Below are positions 27,401 to 39,500 of a DNA stretch of 64,000 bases, one piece after another. The DNA is taken from the NCBI GenBank assembly GCA_009914755.4, contig CP086569.2:7584001-7648000 (forward strand), given 5' to 3'. The position numbers were made by a program, and so were the translations under genes. The stretch's first letter is position 1; the number at the start of each line of letters is the position of its first letter. The notes under the pieces were generated by a model. That model had not been told where the DNA came from, searched no databases, and worked only from the letters and a program-made list of their open reading frames with translations. Source of the stretch: the human T2T-CHM13v2.0 reference genome, Homo sapiens.

Positions 27401-30005
27401 TAAAGGAGTTAGCATGATTATTTTTTTCTTTTTGACATTGGATGTGTTAGTTGTTTCCTGCTTTGGTGTTTTCTCAGCAAATGCCTCTACCTTGTTGTTG
27501 CATGCATCTTCAGTACAAAACTTCAGGTGTCTAGTAGGAATCCAAACAGGAGATTGATGTTCACCTGGGGAAACACAAGCATAGTGTCTTCCCCACGTTA
27601 AAATAGAGACTTTTGAACATATATTAGATTAAACATCTTTCCACCATACTTTCCATCCTTGGTTTACTGTGGGATGGTTACCAGAGAAATGTTTTTCAGC
27701 AGTGGTAACCAAACTGGATTTAGGAATATTAAGAAAATTTAATGTGAACAATGCCAAGTTTAGTTGTACGTGAGTGGTAGACAACTCCTTATCCCCTTCT
27801 TTTTGTTTCAGTAATTGTAATTTTAAAGTTCTGTTACTTCTTTCTACAATAGCTTGACCTTGTGGGTTATAAGGAATACCAGTAATATGTTTAATATGCC
27901 ACTGATCAAAAAAAAATTTTAAAGGCTTTACTGCAATAGGCTGGACCATTGTCTGTTTTGAGCTCTAGGAATTCCCATAACTGGAAAACATGAAAACATG
28001 TTTTTTAGTGTAAGAAGAGGCTTCTCCTATTTGACGGATAGCCCAGATGAAATTGGAAATGGTGTCAACTGTGACATGCATATAAGCTAATTTTCCAAAA
28101 GAAGGAACATAAGTAACATCCATTTGCCAAATAGCATTAGGAGAAAGGCCTCGAGGATTAAGTCAGGGAGGTTGTGTGGGTAAGACAAGAACTTGACATT
28201 GAGAACTGTGTTGTACAATTTGTTTAGCTTGTTTCCAACTGAAAGAATATTTATGTTTAAGACCTGAGAGATTAGTATGAGTGAGTTGATGAAATTGTTC
28301 TGCATCTGTAATGGCTAGAGAAACTAGAGTATCAACTTTATGATAACCACTGGATAAAGGTCCGGGCAAATTAGTATGAGAACAATTGTGAATGATGAAA
28401 AAAGGGTGGTTTCAGTTTCTGACAGTTTTTTTGTAAGAAAGAGAACAAGGAAAACAGATTAGTGTCAGCAATATTTTTGATGGTAGCTATTTCTATTGCC
28501 TTAGTGGCATGGACTACAGAAGCTGAGTCAGAGACATTAAGAGGCTGATCAAAATCCTGTAATTCAGAGATGACAGCAAACAACTTGGCTTTTTGAGCAG
28601 AAGTATATGGAGTAGAAATGACTTTATTTTTGGTCCTACACACCCTGCCTTTCCATTACTGGATCCATCAGTAAAAATGGTAACGGCTTCCTCTAGTGGT
28701 GATGAACGAGTAAGTTTTGGTAGAATCCAGGAAGTATTTCATAGAAATTGAAAGAATTTGGACTTAGGCAAATGATTATCAATAGTGCCAATGAAGTCAA
28801 CCAGATTAGTCTGCGAGCACAAAGATGTAGAAAAGGCATTTTTGACTTCATCTTTTGACAAAAGGACTACAGTAATATTTGGATAAAAGCCAGAAATTGT
28901 AGTGATATGTTGAGGTCCTACCCCAATTAAAGTGACCATTTGATCAAGATATATTGAAAGAGTTTCAGGGGCTGAATGAGGAAGAAATACCCATTCAACT
29001 AGAGAATCATATAATACTTATAATACTATAAGTCCCACAGGAGAGTGGATGGAAGGAAAAAACTAAAAATTATAAATACAACTTTGGGTCAATATTAGAG
29101 ACTTGTGCCTCTCTCACTAATTGTCCTACAAAAGGCAACTCTTGTTTTGCTGGTTCAGATAGAGTGAGGACTGTTTAAATTTGCATCTCCTGATAAAGTG
29201 GCAAATAGATGAGATAATGCATAAGTAGGGATGGCTAGGGTTGGTCTGAGATAATTGATGTCACCTAGTAATTTTTGAAAATCATTTAAGGTGTTTAAAT
29301 TGTCAGTACGAAGTTTGACTTTTTGGGGCTTAATGAAGAAAGCTTCTAGATGCATTCCTAAGGACAGAAAAGGAGTGACTTGTTGAATTTTATCAGGAGT
29401 GATGTAGAGTCCTGCTTTGGCAACAGCTAATTTCAAGAGGTAATTCAAGAGGTAAAACATTGAATTACTTCACCTTTAGTGGGAACAGCAATCAGTATAT
29501 CTTCCATATAGTGAAGAATGTAATTATTTTAAAGTCTGTAGGATAGGTCGTAACACAGTACCAACAAACAACTAACAAATAGTAGGACTGTTAATCATTC
29601 CTTGAGGTAAAACTTTCCATTGATATCTAGCTGCAGGATGTGAATTGTTAATGGAAGGTATAGTGAGAGCAAATTTTTCAGTCTGACTTGTCTAAAGGAA
29701 TATGGAAAAAGCAGTCCTTAAGGTCAATGATAATTAACGGCCATTCCTTAGGAATCATGAAGTGGGGGGACATATCGGGTTGTAACACCCCCAGAGGTTT
29801 AATAACTGCATTAACAGCTCTGAAGTCTGTTACCGTCCTCCAATTTCCTGACTTTTTTTGGTACAACAAATACATGGGAGTTCAATGGAAACAGGAAGGT
29901 CTCAATAGCGTTCGCTTGTAGTAAATCATTAACAACTTCAATTAAGGCCTCCAACTTGTGTTTGGAAAGAGGCCACTGCTCTACCCAAACAGGTGACTCA
30001 CACAT
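27401..30005 (-). pseudogene. pol: pol remnant (RT-RNaseH-IN), frameshifted
   Basis: [17 protein letters not shown] (29678-29875) and QWPLSKHKLEALIEVVNDL (29811-30005) are [13 protein letters not shown]…[17 protein letters not shown], then HYMEDILIAVP with YMED in place of YMDD (codons at 29499-29510). [22 protein letters not shown] (29155-29460). IN zinc-finger and core: …FHQLTHTNLSGLKHKYSFSWKQAKQIVQHSSQCQ (28163-28369) and GIPYNPQGQAIVERSNRTLKLQLLKQKEG (27629-27949). Confidence 0.85.
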
Positions 30006-30516
30006 TCATTGTAAAGGGATTGGTGGGGGAGGCATAGCAGTGACAGCACCTAAAAAGTGTATCAAATTCCTGATTTATTAAGTTTTGGGAGGGTTCCAAG
30101 GGCTCTTCAATTCCCTCTCCTTTAATTCCCAATCTTTTTCCAGGAACAAAATTCATTTTATATATCACGTTTTTGCTAGCTTCACTATAATTTGATAAGT
30201 GGATAGATACTTCAGTCCCCCATTGTTGTAGTAAGTCATGTCCCTGTAAGTTTACGGTAATTGGAGTGATAAAAGGTTGAATAGTGCAAATTTGGTCATC
30301 AGGTCCTGTAGAAGGAAGCATAAGAGAACTTCCATATATGTCAAATGACTTTCCAACTCCTACTAAATTAGTTGAAGAGGGCTGTTTGGGCCAAGAGAAA
30401 GGCCACTGATTAGCAATGTTTATAGAAAGATCAGCCCCCGTGTTGACTAAACTTTCAAACATTTTTCCGGAAATTTTAATACTACAGTTGCAGTGGCAGA
30501 TTCTGCGGAGGGGCAC
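29998..30516 (-). pseudogene. pro: Protease ORF remnant, active-site Asp replaced (NTGAD)
   Basis: 172-aa minus-strand ORF …GKMFESLVNTGADLSINIANQWP…LQGHDLLQQWGTEVSIH. It aligns to HERV-K PR (…FEGLVDTGADVSI…LWGRDLLQQWGAEI). The catalytic D is N here. Confidence 0.85.
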
Positions 30517-30778
30517 AGTGCAGGGAGAAGTAGTAATTGAGCAATGCTTTCTCCTGGTTCAATGAAAATGGGAGATTTGGTAGAAATAACCAAATTTCAT
30601 CTGTAGTGTTGGCAAGTATAAGGCCAGGCCACTATGAACAATTACACCTTTTGAGGCTAATGAAGCCCCGCCAAGAATTAAGCCAATATAACCTTTAGGT
30701 AAAGGCCCTTTAGCTCCAGTCAAGCAAGGACGGGTTGTTCTCCAGGGAGTAAGGGCAAAGGGAGAGTACTACACAAAT

Positions 30779-32819
30779 CTATTGAGCCCTATCCTGTGGT
30801 GGAGGTGGACAGGCATTGTACTGGGACAGGAGGAGGGGGTAATTGGCACTGGGTTGTGGGTATTGAATTTGAGGTAATGTCTGTGGCACTGTTTGTACTT
30901 GAATCTGTGGCTTCACTGGTGCAGTTATAGGGGTAGCCTCAGGGAGGAGTAAATGAAACCCCGGAGCCCAGATCCCAGGCTGGCTCCTCCCCCGGTTTCC
31001 CTGTAGTGGAACAGGAGTAGAAACAGTGTTGGCCACATTAAAGGAGGAAAGGGATTACCGCTTATATCGAATTTAGATCGACAAGAATTCATCGAATGTT
31101 TACGTTTTTTACATTGTGGGCAAACAGTAGCAGGTACTCTCTGTAAATCTGGAGTTTGTGGAGCAGGTTGTTGGGGGTTAGCATTAAGAAAAGGGCAAGA
31201 TTTTTTTAAGTGTTCTACTCCCATACATTTATAACAAGTACTAGGGAAAGTATTGGGCACACATGTTGCAGGAACACTAGGAATAACAGCAGCCACTTTT
31301 AAGGACGAAGTCATGGCTTGAGCCCTGAGCACAGCTTTATGAATTTCAGAACCAGTGCCATCACAGGCTCTAATGTAGGAAGGAATTATGGCATAATCAG
31401 GTATGTTTTGAGTCTTATGATGTAATGGTGATATGGCAGCCAGACACTCAATATTAGCATTTTCAAACACAATACGTCGGATAACCACATCTCTTGCTCT
31501 AGTATCAGAAATAGCCTTTTCAGCAGGATCTTTGAGTTGAGACGGGAAATCATGATAGGGTTCAGAAGGACCTGGATTAACAGCATTAAAAGATAAAGGG
31601 GTCTTGCCTGCATCTTGAATACGTTCCGATGCTCGTAAACACACTTGAGTAACCTGAGTTACAATATGTTGATAATATTCCAGTTGTCAAGCAAGAGTAT
31701 TTCACAAATCACTAGTACCCATAAGCATAGCATAAAACCCTTCAGTCCCATTTTCAGAATTTATAGAAGTTTGAATCATGGCCTCTTCTGACCATCATGT
31801 CTTAAACGGTAGGAATAGAGAAGGGGTAAGAGAAGCATGAACTAACAAATTCCAATCAATAGGAACAAGCTGTTTTTCAGTAGTAAGGGAATGTAGAACA
31901 GTTTTGACATAAGGAGAATTTGGTCTATATTGATCACAAGCAGATTTAAAATCTTTAAGGAGTTGCAAAGAGAAAGGTTCATAATATCGCTGGCCTTTAA
32001 CAGTGCCATTGCCCCACTCTCCTGTACCCTCAGATTTAAGGACTATGGCTATGGGGAACTGCCAGGCATCCAAACCACAAGAAGCCCTAGCTCTACCCAT
32101 CACCTTCTGAATACAAGTGTAGACAGGTCTATCAGGGCAGAGGAAAGGAGAGAAGGAGAGCAAAGGCGCCGGGAGGTAGACGGGGGGAAGCAGGATTCCA
32201 AGCCTCTGAAAGAAAGGATCCCAGAGCGTTGAAAGAAACAGTAGGCTTAGAAGAGGGGAGAGGTCCAAATGGATGAGAGGAACAAGAAACAGGCCGTTCA
32301 GATGAATACCAAACATCCTCCTCTGGCAGAGGGGGCAACAGATTACTAGAAGAAAAGTTAACATATACAGGTTCCAAGATAGGCAGAGGGAGGGGATCAT
32401 CACCAGGTACTTACTCTTAGGGAGAAAACAAGGAGACATTTAATTCCTCCTCATGATCAGAAGGAAGACTAGTAGGGGAATCAGGTACCCAAGTAAAAGG
32501 AGTGGCTGATCATCGGAGTTAACTTTTGGCAGTTGAAGAGGATCACCAGACAGAAAAGGAAGTAAAGAAACATGAATAAGAGACCTGTCAGTCCAGACAG
32601 AAATATGAAGTACACCATCTCTCATGAGTTGTTGGAGTGTGGCATCAACTCTATCACAGTTTAACAGGTCCATAAAACCTTTGTCAGGGAACCAAGAACA
32701 ATGTTTTTCAATAGTCTGAAATAAGAGCATATGGTTATTGGAATCAGCCTTGATTCCACCCTGTTTAAGAAGTTAATAAAAGACAGATAAGCCTGGTGTT
32801 TAGACTGTGATTGCCCCGT
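30779..32819 (-). pseudogene. gag: gag remnant (MA-CA-NC), start codon mutated and frameshifted
   Basis: The N-terminus reads …ITGQSQSKHQAYLSFINFLN / LKQGGIKADSNNHMLLFQTIEKHCSWFPDKG against HERV-K MGQTKSKIKSKYASYLSFIKILLKRGG…LFQIIEQFCPWFPEQG. The initiator ATG is ACG at minus-strand 32819-32817, with a frameshift ~20 codons later. EAWQFP…NSPYVKTVLHSL…IDWNLLVHASLTPSLFLPFKT (31795-32439). CA-NC with CYKCMGVEHLKKSCP and CPQCKKRKHSMNSCRSKF (30925-31644). The C-terminus reads QYNACPPPPQ (30779-31036). Confidence 0.9.
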
Positions 32820-32984
32820 GATAACCCTGGAACAATACCAGTCAACAAACCCAAAAGGAGGGGAGGGTCGGAAAAGGCATACCTGGAGACCTTACAGTCG
32901 AGACTGAAGACTAGTCATCAGGAAACCCCACTCAGAGTGCACTGAGCCAAGGAACAAAGAAGGCCATGTTAGGTGCGAGATATT

Positions 32985-33859
32985 GTGGGATCTGGCCAGC
33001 AGCCCGAAATGCAACAGGGGCTCTTTCTTTGTTTCCAGGTGGATCGGCAGGTCGAGAAATAAAAGACACACACAAGATAGTGAAAGCTGGGTTCAGGGGG
33101 GTCACCGTCTTCTGGTCCTGTGATGCTGCCAATGCACTGGATATACCAGCATTTATTATTAAGTTTAGTGAGGGTGGGGGTAGGTTAGTGAGGGATTTAG
33201 CATCATTTGATTATGAGGTGAGATGGTCACATGGGGATGAAGTAATTCTTTAACATAGCATTGGTATGTATGCAGAAGTACAGTATACGAAGATAAAAAA
33301 TTTACAATATAGTGTATGCATCAGCAATTTCTAACAGAGACTTAAAACAGAAACACAGTCTTTCCATAACCTGTGATCAGCAAGATATTAATCAGCAATA
33401 ACAGTGGCAGCAAAAGCTGGTTGCAAAGAATCAATGGAATCAGGACGTGAAGCTAGACAACTAGTTAGACCACAAATTCTCAGAAGGGAGTATGCCTTAA
33501 CCCTAAAGAGGATTAGAAGAGCCATGGCAAGATAAGGGCATTTATAACTCTATCTTATCCATATGAGCAGGCGCCCCTCATCATCCACTTATAGACTCTC
33601 AACAAAGGTCTCATTCCATTCCCAGAGCTATGAACATCTGCTTTTCTGGGGTAGGAATCTTGGTGATGTGAAACCTCCCTGACTGCACATCTGTTTATAG
33701 GCTCTCTGCAGGGGGAAGCACATTACGACCTGTTGGCTCATTCTGGTAGCCCAACCTGGCATTGTCTTTACACAATCCTGCATGTAATTTTGGATTTACA
33801 ATTATCAGGAGCATTTCATCTTTTATGCCATAGCAATAGTTTCAGGGAGGCTCCCTAGA
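32985..33859 (-). repeat. 5' LTR of the provirus
   Basis: Homologous to 24550-25425. Mismatch is ~8-10% by eye over the first 200 bp (for example cccacaatgcaatgggg against cccgaaatgcaacagggg, and taaccacattctggttctgtgatgtcacc against tcaccgtcttctggtcctgtgatgctgcc). No recognisable tRNA primer-binding site follows it (sequence atatctcgcacctaacatggcc). Confidence 0.9.
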
Positions 33860-36016
33860 TAACATGTTTTCTCGGTCATTGCATGACACACTCTACAACA
33901 TCCAAAGGCTTTATGCAACATGCATGAAATTTGCAATCCATTCTGAGGCCTACATGCCCCTGTTGACTCACAATCTTACATGTTGCTTTAAACCCAGTTA
34001 CGATAGTCAACATCTCTCTTGTAGGCTGGGCTCAGACAGGAGACCCATTATAATGCCTGTGATCTTGGTCCAGAAATGAGTCACCATCTGAATTGTAGCA
34101 AGACACACATATGAAAGTCATAATTCCATCTTTGTACTTTATTTACTTGTTAGACTGAAGGCTTTAATAGTGGTCTTTGTAAATATGGGATGCTGAAAAC
34201 TTTATCTCTCACCCGCATGTGTAATCAAGAGTCACAATCTTCTTTTGCTGCACCCTGTTATAAAACTCCATGTACCGGCCAAAAAGTTAACAATATGAAT
34301 TACTGCTGCAAATTTCTGTAAGCTTCATGCAAATATGCCACTCATAACCTTACCTATTGCCCTAAGTGTAGCGATGACAGGCAAAATATCTACTATTGGT
34401 GGAATTCCAATATAAGTTTGTTTATTGTGCCTTTGAAATGAAGCAAGGTAAATTTCAAAATCCCATCTGTAGAAAAAAACTTGGCAGGAGGGTAGCACAA
34501 TTTAGGTGCTGTGCCAAGCAATATGTCACAATGTCCTCTCTAGGCACACTCTAGAAGTGAGGGTTACATTACATTGATGCTGTACCCAGCTATGTGACAC
34601 AATCCAAAATGTGGAACAAAAAATAACCCCAGACAAATGATGAAACCAAAAACACCTACTGAATGGGTCTATAATATGTAAAAATACTTTATATTGCTCT
34701 GGCACAGGAAGGAGTGCTACATCATCAGGCTTAGGGGCCCAGCAATATGACATAATTGTCTCTTTATGCAGGACCCAGGCAGAAGCAGAAGATTATCTGG
34801 GTGCTGGGCCCTGCAATACATCAAAAATCTTTTCCTTGGGCATGGTTGGGGAAAAAAAGAAGCGTCATAGTACCTAAGTATTCAGCTTAGCAATATGTCA
34901 AATCACCCTATTGTAAAGACTCAGGCAGAAGAAAAGATTCACATCACTTAAGAACAGACTCAGATATATGACCCAATGTTTCAAGGAGGCAGTGTTCAGG
35001 CAGAAGGGAAGAGTCATATCATGTAGATGATGCCCTAGGTATATAACACAGTCTAACATGTGAGGTGAAAGCTGGCAAAGGAGCCTCATCACCTTGATGC
35101 TGGCTCTTGAGATATATCACACAAAGTTCCCTTAAGACAGTACCCACACAAAACATTACAACAGTTGCAGTTTGTACCATTATGTCACAATGCTCCATGT
35201 GGGCAGGGCTCAGAAAGTAGTCACATCATCTAGATAACAGGCCAGAAATACATCAAAATATCTTTCTAAGGCATGGCCCTGACAAAAGAGTACCATCCCC
35301 TGTTTGTCAAGCGTAGTAATAAGTCACTATCCAGGTAAGCAGGGCTCAAGCAGTGAAGCAACATCATCTAACTGTTAGTGTCAGAAATTTGTCACAATGC
35401 CATCTTTAGGACATGGCCCTAGTAAAAGATTACTGTCATCTATGTGGCTGACTGAGCCGTATGATACTATTCCCCACTGTACGAAGGGTCCATTACCATG
35501 AGTAGAGCTGCATCACCTAAGTAGTTGACACAGCAATATGTCACAATGATTTCTGTGGGAATGGCTCAGGCAAAAGTGTAACATGACTCGTGTGCTGGAC
35601 CTAGTGATATGTCATGACTGTTACTTAGAGCAGGGCCCAGGCAGGAGAGTCATATCACCAAGAGGTTGGCCCAGGTAGAAATAACAGTATCATCCACAGG
35701 CTGGAACCAGTAAGAAGAGTCAAATCACACAGATGCTCAGCAAATATTTTTATCAAAATGACACTGGGAGAAAATTCCTGAAAGGAGAGTTACACTGCCA
35801 CACATGTCCTGTTTTCATGAATGACAGTTGGCTTCATATATTTCAGACAGTGACAGTCTTTCCTGTCAGCTGGGTGTGCATTCGAGACTCACAATTTCAT
35901 CATTCTGATGGATTATGTTATTACACTCTCTGTGCAAGCCAAGGGCTTTATAAGTTATCTGAGGCTGTTATAATCTTTAAACTTTTTTTTACCAGAAATA
36001 GATTTATTCACGCTTG

Positions 36017-36019
<3 letters not shown>
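33860..36019. repeat. Beta-satellite-like array, segment 3
   Basis: It resumes exactly in monomer register after the provirus (taacatgttttctcggtcattgcatgacacactctacaac). HOR landmarks B at ~34180 and A at 35808. Confidence 0.93.
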
Positions 36020-36095
<76 letters not shown>

Positions 36096-36119
36096 CTTTC
36101 TTTCTGTCTTTTTTCTTTC

Positions 36120-36171
<52 letters not shown>

Positions 36172-36238
36172 TTTCTTTCTTTCTTTCTTTCTTCCTTCTT
36201 TCTCTTTTCTTTTTTTATTATTTATTTATTTATTTTTA
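36020..36238 (-). repeat. (GAAA)n microsatellite on the minus strand, (TTTC)n on the plus strand; expanded Alu A-tail
   Basis: ~55 near-perfect TTTC units plus tttatttatttattt, directly next to the 3' end of the minus-strand Alu. The ORF-track hit 35733-36239 (FLSFFLS…) is just a translation of this repeat. Confidence 0.97.
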
Positions 36239-36511
36239 AGATGGAGTCTGTCACCCAGGCTGGAGTACAGTGGTGCAATCTCCACTCCCTGCAACCTCTG
36301 ACTCCCGGGTTCAAGTAATTTGCCTGCCTCAGCCTCCTGACTAATTTGGACTCCAGTAGCGCACCACCGTGCCCAGACACCTTTTTGTATTTTTAGCAGA
36401 GTGGAGTTTCACTATGTTGGTCAGTATGGTCTCAGTCTTTTGACCTCGTGCTCCACCTGACTCACCTTCCCAAAGTGGTGGGATTACAGGCCTGAGCCAC
36501 CATGACCAGCC
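36239..36511 (-). mobile_element. Alu element (AluS/J-like, diverged), full length
   Basis: Plus strand shows the reverse complement of Alu: ggctggagtacagtggtgcaatctc…gcctcagcctcc…cccaaagtggtgggattacaggcctgagccacc…ccagcc. Target-site duplication: attcacgcttgtct (36006-36019) against aattcacttatgtttct (36512-36528). Both the paralogous and the orthologous HOR positions (for example ~52550) have no Alu. Confidence 0.95.
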
Positions 36512-39500
36512 AATTCACTTATGTTTCTAAAGTAAGTTAGAAGTGTCAAAGTTACCTTTATTTCTGGGGTCCATATACAGGAGTCATTATACCAGTAAGT
36601 TGTGCCTAGGTATATGTCACAACTTACTCTGTGGTAATGAAACAGACATGACATCTAAGTCACCTAAATGCTGAACCAGAAATTTTCCAGTACTTTTCTT
36701 GTAGACATGTTCCTGGCAGAAAACTTGTGTAACTTGAGGGTTACTCCCAGATGTATGGCATAATGCCCCTTGTGGGCAGTGTCTAGAAAGAAGAGGAGTC
36801 TCATATCACTTAAATAATAGGCCAGAGATGTGTCACGATGTGTCCCATTGAAAGGACCAGGCAAGAGAGTCATATTGTTTAGATGCAGTGCTTAGAAAAG
36901 CTATAATCCCCAGTGGAAGCAGGGTCCAGGCAGGAGAGGAGAGTCAGGTAACTAGATGGTGGGTCCAGAGACATGTTATAGTCTTTCCTTAGGATGTTAT
37001 TAAGACAGGAGAGTAAATCACAAAGGTGCTCACCAGAGGTATGTTTCCAAAACTCATTTGTGGGCTACACCTAGGCAGGATTATTAAAGCTAGGCAAAGG
37101 TATATATAACAATAATACTGGTTGAAATTTCCAGGAATGGGAGTCACCATCTTGCCGATGACCTGGGTCCATGTTTAAGAGTCATGATTAGTCCTTTTGT
37201 CTGGTATCAGGTATATGGCGCAATATCACCTGTAAGCAGAGAGCAAGCAGGAAGATCACATCACCTTGGTGGGTACTGGTCCCGTGATATGCAGCAATCT
37301 TTCTTGTAAGCAGGACCTTGGAAAGGGAGTCACATTACCTGCAAGCTGGTTTTAGTGATATATCAAAATCCCCTATGTGGGTAGGACTTAGGTAGGTGAG
37401 GAGACCATCTTCACCTAGCCAACTATCTTAGACATATGTCACACTGGTTGCTATCTGCAAAACCAAGGTACAAAAGTGACCTCACCTTGGTGTTGGGTTT
37501 AGCAATATCACAATCTCCCCTTTGGTCAGGGTGATGTAAGACAGGAGAAACATCACCTAGGTGCTGAGTTAAGTGATACGTTACAAAGCTTTCTGTTGGC
37601 AGAACCCAAAATGGAGAGTCACATCACCTGGGTGCAGTGTCCAGTTATGTGTCACAATGCAGTGTAAGTCCAGGGGCATGGCAGTAGAAGGGAGTCACAT
37701 CACTTACATGATGAATGTAGATATAAGCCATAATGCCTTTTATAGGCAGGTATAAGGCAAATAATTCACATTACATGAGTGCTGGTCCCAGTAATATGTA
37801 AAATTTCCCTTTATATGCACACCCAGGCACCTACGCTTAGGTGTACGATGGTCAAATTATTCAAGCACTCAGCTAACTTTTATGTCCTAATTACATGCTA
37901 GGAAATATTTAGAAATAAGTTTCCCAGTACCACACAAGTCCTGGATTTGTGTATGTGAATCAACACTTCCTGTGAGTTGGGTCAAAGCAGAGGAGTCACA
38001 GTCTTATCAATGGTCAAGATTCATGCATAAGATGCCCAATTTTACTTGAAGATTGTGTTCCAATAGAGGAGTCACAACCCCACAGGTGTGCTGAATCATG
38101 CATCACCAAACTAACCATATAGGAGAGGAGCAATTTTAACCTTTGACTGCTCTGTTTATGAGGTTTAACACCTTATTTCTAGGCCCTGTTCTTGTGAGAG
38201 AATGAATACTGGATCAGCTGGCTGCACATTCAAGAGTCACAATCGTACCTCTTTCCTGTTCCCTGTTATAACACTGTTTTTACCATTCAGACTTTATATA
38301 CTATGTCAGAGTGTCATAATCCTCTGTGAAATTTAGGCCATTGGGAGACATAGTACTTTACTTGTGGCTATAAGACTGGCTATAAGAATCAAAATATCTC
38401 TCTGATTCTACGTATGACCCTTATATTTGTGCATGTGGGCTGAACCCAGTTATATGTCATAACTTAACCTGTGAGCAGAAGCAAGGGGGGAGAGTCTCAT
38501 CACCTGGATTCTGAACTCAGGATACATTGTAATCTCCTTTGCAGGCAGGGCCAAGTCAGAAGTGTCACATCACCTGGGTACTGCAGCAAGTAATATGGCA
38601 TCATGTCCACTGTAGACAGGTTTGAAGAAAAAGAGGAGAGTCACACCACCTAGGTGATGGGCTCAGCAATATATAGTAATTACCTCATTTGGCTGACTCC
38701 AGTATAAGGAGGAGAGTTGCATTACCTAGGTTTTGTACTCAGCTGTATGTCGCAATTCATTCAGTGGTCAGGGTCTAGGCAGGAGACAAGCATCACATTT
38801 CCAGATACTACTTCAAGAGATGTCATAATTTTCCTTGGGGGTAGAGCACAGGCAAAATAAAGAAATCACCTAGTTGATAGGCTCAGAGATCTGTGATAAT
38901 ATACATTTTGGGGCAAAGCCCAGGCAGAGGAGTCATATTGTTATGATTCTAAACCAATGATATATCACAATGCAAACATGGGAAAAAATTTATGCAAGTT
39001 TTAACACCTGGGTAATAGGACCAGAGATAAGACACAATCTCCTCATCTTTGAGAGTGACACCTTTAACTGTTAGCTTGGTGTGTATATGAGTCACAATGT
39101 CACATGTGTGCTGGCTCATCCTATGACACTCTCTAGAATGTCTGAGGGCTTTATATGGCTTGCATGAGAGTTGCAAACTACTCTGAGGCCCACATGCGTA
39201 TATTAAATCACAATCTCATATATTGCATTACACACAGGTACGATAGCAAACATCTCTCATTTAGGCTGATATCAGGAATCAGACTTATTTTATACCTGTG
39301 GGCTTGGTCAAAAGTGAGTCACAATCATACCTGTGGCCAGATCCATATATGAGAGCCACAATTTTATCTTTACATTATCTTCAGTTGTTAAACTCAGTAC
39401 ACCAACAGTGGGCTTGGTAAATGTGAAATAGTGATATCTTTTACTTTCACCTGGTTGTTTAATTGAGAGTCACAATCTTAACTCTGCTGGGACTTGTTTT

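Larger units (their letters stand above)
24550..33859 (-). mobile_element. HERV-K (HML-supergroup, betaretrovirus-like) provirus, near full length (9.3 kb), degenerate
   Basis: Two ~875-bp LTRs in direct orientation. Minus-strand ORF fragments in the order gag (MA/CA/NC with two CCHC fingers), PR, RT, IN and env TM, all with clear similarity to HERV-K proteins. Polypurine tract next to the 3' LTR. TG…CA LTR termini on the minus strand (tgtaggg…cccaca). Flanked by a short duplication (TAACA). Confidence 0.95.
21681..35807. repeat. One canonical ~4.8 kb HOR copy (A-to-A), hosting the provirus
   Basis: The A-landmark spacing is 14127 bp. Subtracting the 9310-bp provirus gives 4817 bp. Other copies: 35808-41121 (5314 bp; 4822 bp without the Alu and microsatellite) and 47659-52352 (4694 bp). 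Confidence 0.75.

Noticed and set aside
31386-32232. ORFs 31386-31613 (minus) and 31930-32232 (plus) overlapping gag
   Set aside because: They are alternative or antisense frames across gag. The gag frame carries the homology.
32940-32984. Primer-binding site 3' of the 5' LTR
   Set aside because: The sequence atatctcgcacctaacatggcc shows no TGG-initiated 18-mer complementary to any tRNA 3' end I can recall (Lys, Ile, Met, Phe, His, Trp). It is probably mutated, so I did not annotate it.
35733-36301. 168-aa and 95-aa ORFs rich in FLSFFLS
   Set aside because: They are a pure translation of the (TTTC)n microsatellite and Alu tail.
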